IMG/VR virus record: IMGVR_UViG_2537562017_000014 | DNA length: 9,110 bases | Source of the DNA: a virus | Lineage: Duplodnaviria; Heunggongvirae; Uroviricota; Caudoviricetes | Direction: 5' to 3' (one strand) | In this document: in pieces, positions 7,631 through 9,110 of the stretch | How the letters are laid out: each line of letters starts with the position of its first letter | How positions within the stretch are numbered: position 1 is the first letter of the stretch | Translations under genes and position numbers: made by a program | The notes under the pieces: generated by a model | The model's database searches: none | Told to the model about the DNA's origin: nothing | Seen by the model: the letters and a program-made list of their open reading frames with translations, nothing else

Positions 7631-8206
7631 CTGACTCTTCTCTATTGTTCCGCTTGATTCTCCTGCGGGGTGGTAACGATAAATCGTCGATGTACCAATG
7701 CCGTAAATTATTGCCAGTTGTTTTCTGTCGTGACCGTTTTTAATCAGCCTTGCTATTTGCTCATGCTGTTCTTTTGTCAGCTTCGGTCGACGTCCGCCTG
7801 TGCGCCCCCGTGCGCGCGCTGCCGCCAGTCCGGCCAGTGTACGTTCAACAATTAATTCACGTTCCATTTCAGCCAGGGCACCCATCACGTGGAAGAAAAA
7901 ACGCCCCATTGGAGAAGATGTATCTATGCTGTCGGTCAGACTGCGAAAATTAATCCCTCGCTCCCGTAGTTCCCCGACGAGAGAAATCAGATGTTTCATG
8001 CTTCGCCCGAGGCGATCCAGTTTCCAGACAACCAGCGTGTCACCTTTTTGAAGACGCTTTAAAGCGCGTTTTAATCCCGGTCGGTCTGTCTTTGTCCCGC
8101 TTAATTTATCTTCAAATATTTGTTCACATCCTGCACAAACAAGAGCGTTTCGTTGCAGGTCTGTATTCTGGTCATTTGTTGATACCCTTACATAGCCAAT
8201 CAGCAC
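7619..8206 (-). CDS. Serine DNA invertase (Gin/Pin/Hin/Cin family resolvase-invertase)
   Basis: Translation LIGYVRVSTNDQNTDLQRNAL...DTLVVWKLDRLGRSMKHLI...FFFHVMGALAEMERELI has the catalytic Ser motif (VRVSTNDQ) and a C-terminal HTH (GTSTIYRY), as in Gin/Pin. The track start at 8224 is a TTG; I prefer the GTG on the complement of 8204-8206, with GGGAGA SD 6 nt upstream, which gives the family's usual MLIGYVRVS N-terminus. Confidence 0.9.
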   Translation of the reverse strand: MLIGYVRVSTNDQNTDLQRNALVCAGCEQIFEDKLSGTKTDRPGLKRALKRLQKGDTLVVWKLDRLGRSMKHLISLVGELRERGINFRSLTDSIDTSSPMGRFFFHVMGALAEMERELIVERTLAGLAAARARGRTGGRRPKLTKEQHEQIARLIKNGHDRKQLAIIYGIGTSTIYRYHPAGESSGTIEKSQKTK

Positions 8207-8260
8207 GCTGAATCTCCCGTCCAAAAGCGTAAATCATGCCATGCAGGTCAGAAACAGCCA

Positions 8261-8286
8261 TTATCTAAAACCTCGGTTTACAAGAA
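8261..8286. other. Invertase crossover site (gix/pix/hix-like, 26 bp)
   Basis: TTATCTAAAACCTCGGTTTACAAGAA; differs at two positions from the Mu gixL sequence as I remember it (TTATCCAAAACCTCGGTTTACAGGAA). Lies 55 bp upstream of the invertase start and at the 5' end of the fibre cassette reading frame. Confidence 0.8.
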
Positions 8287-9110
8287 ACGGTAAATCAGGC
8301 TTCTGGCGCATTACAGAAAAACCAGAACGGCGCAGATATTCCCGATAAAAAACTATTCCTGCGTAATATCGGCACAACAAATTCAACAACCATGTCTTTT
8401 AGTGGTGGTGCTGGATGGTTCAAACTGGCAACTGTAACAATGCCACAAGCCAGTTCCGTGGTTTACATAAGTCTGATTGGTGGTGCTGGATATAATGTTA
8501 ATCCCCATACGGCAATAATAAAATTATTACCGATACTGGCTGTGGAACTATTCATCTTGCAGGTTGCGTTATTGAGGTTATGGGTAATAAAGGTGCCATG
8601 ACCATCCGTGTAACCACCCCGAGCACTTCCAGCGGTGGCGGAACTACTAATGCACAATTTACTTATATAAACCACGGTGGAGATTATGCGCCAGGCTGGC
8701 GGCGTGACTACAGTACCAAAAATCAGCAGCCTGCATTTGCTTTAGGGCAGACAGGAAGCACTGTTGGAAATGACAAAGCTGTTGGATGGAACTCAAATAG
8801 CGGCGTTTATAATGCGACTATTAGTGGAGCGTCAACATTGATTCTTCACTTTAATATGAATGCGGGGAGTTGCCCGGCGGTTCAGTTCCGTGTGAATTAT
8901 AAGAACGGCGGTATTTATTATCGTTCAGCGCGAGATGGTTATGGATTTGAGGCTGACTGGTCAGAGTTTTATACCACAACACGCAAGCCATCAGCAGGAG
9001 ATGTTGGTGCATATACCAAAGCCGAATCAGATTCTCGCTATGTACGAGATATTCGCCTGGGCACACGTGTTGTTCAGACTATGCAAAAAGGCGTGATGTA
9101 TGAGAAATCA
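8269..9110 (+). CDS. Alternative tail-fibre C-terminal variable cassette (promoterless; partial, continues past right edge); frame change near 8500
   Basis: The frame opens at 8269 inside the crossover site and has no plausible start or SD, as expected for a cassette expressed only after inversion fuses it to a constant fibre N-terminus. Translation NLGLQETVNQ...GADIPDKKLFLRNIG...SGGAGWFKLATVTMPQASSVVYISLIGGAGYNVN, then in another frame from 8502: PYGNNKIITDTG...GWRRDYSTKNQQ...AYTKAESDSRYV, which is fibre-like. A 14-bp codon-aligned direct repeat (8403-8416, 8478-8491) encodes GGAGW/GGAGY. Confidence 0.6.

Noticed and set aside
1-9110. CRISPR arrays, tRNA/rRNA genes, IS elements or integrase/att sites
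   Set aside because: No regularly spaced direct repeats, no cloverleaf-like or rRNA-like sequence, no transposase or integrase reading frames and no obvious terminal inverted repeats were seen on either strand.

Overview
The window is dominated by a P2-family myovirus tail module: gpD (minus strand), tail sheath FI, tail tube FII, chaperone E with an intact E/E' -1 slippery site, tape measure T and gpU (plus strand). It is followed by a Gin/Pin/Hin-type serine DNA invertase (minus strand), a 26-bp gix-like crossover site, and the start of a promoterless alternative tail-fibre C-terminal cassette, i.e. one end of an invertible host-range segment that continues past the right edge. Three things are unusual. 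(1) The FI-to-U block lies on the opposite strand to D and the invertase; a single inversion of about 5.7 kb would restore the canonical P2 order. (2) The sheath 5' end, the tape measure and the fibre cassette carry frame disruptions, which means either a decaying prophage or uncorrected indel errors. (3) At the left edge an AT-rich ORF with an N-terminal hydrophobic anchor and no recognisable family sits directly downstream of D, where P2-like phages carry accessory or defence cargo; this is the best candidate for something undescribed, but only about 187 codons are visible. No rRNA, tRNA, CRISPR array or IS element was seen. All family assignments rest on reading the translations against remembered motifs; no database search was run.
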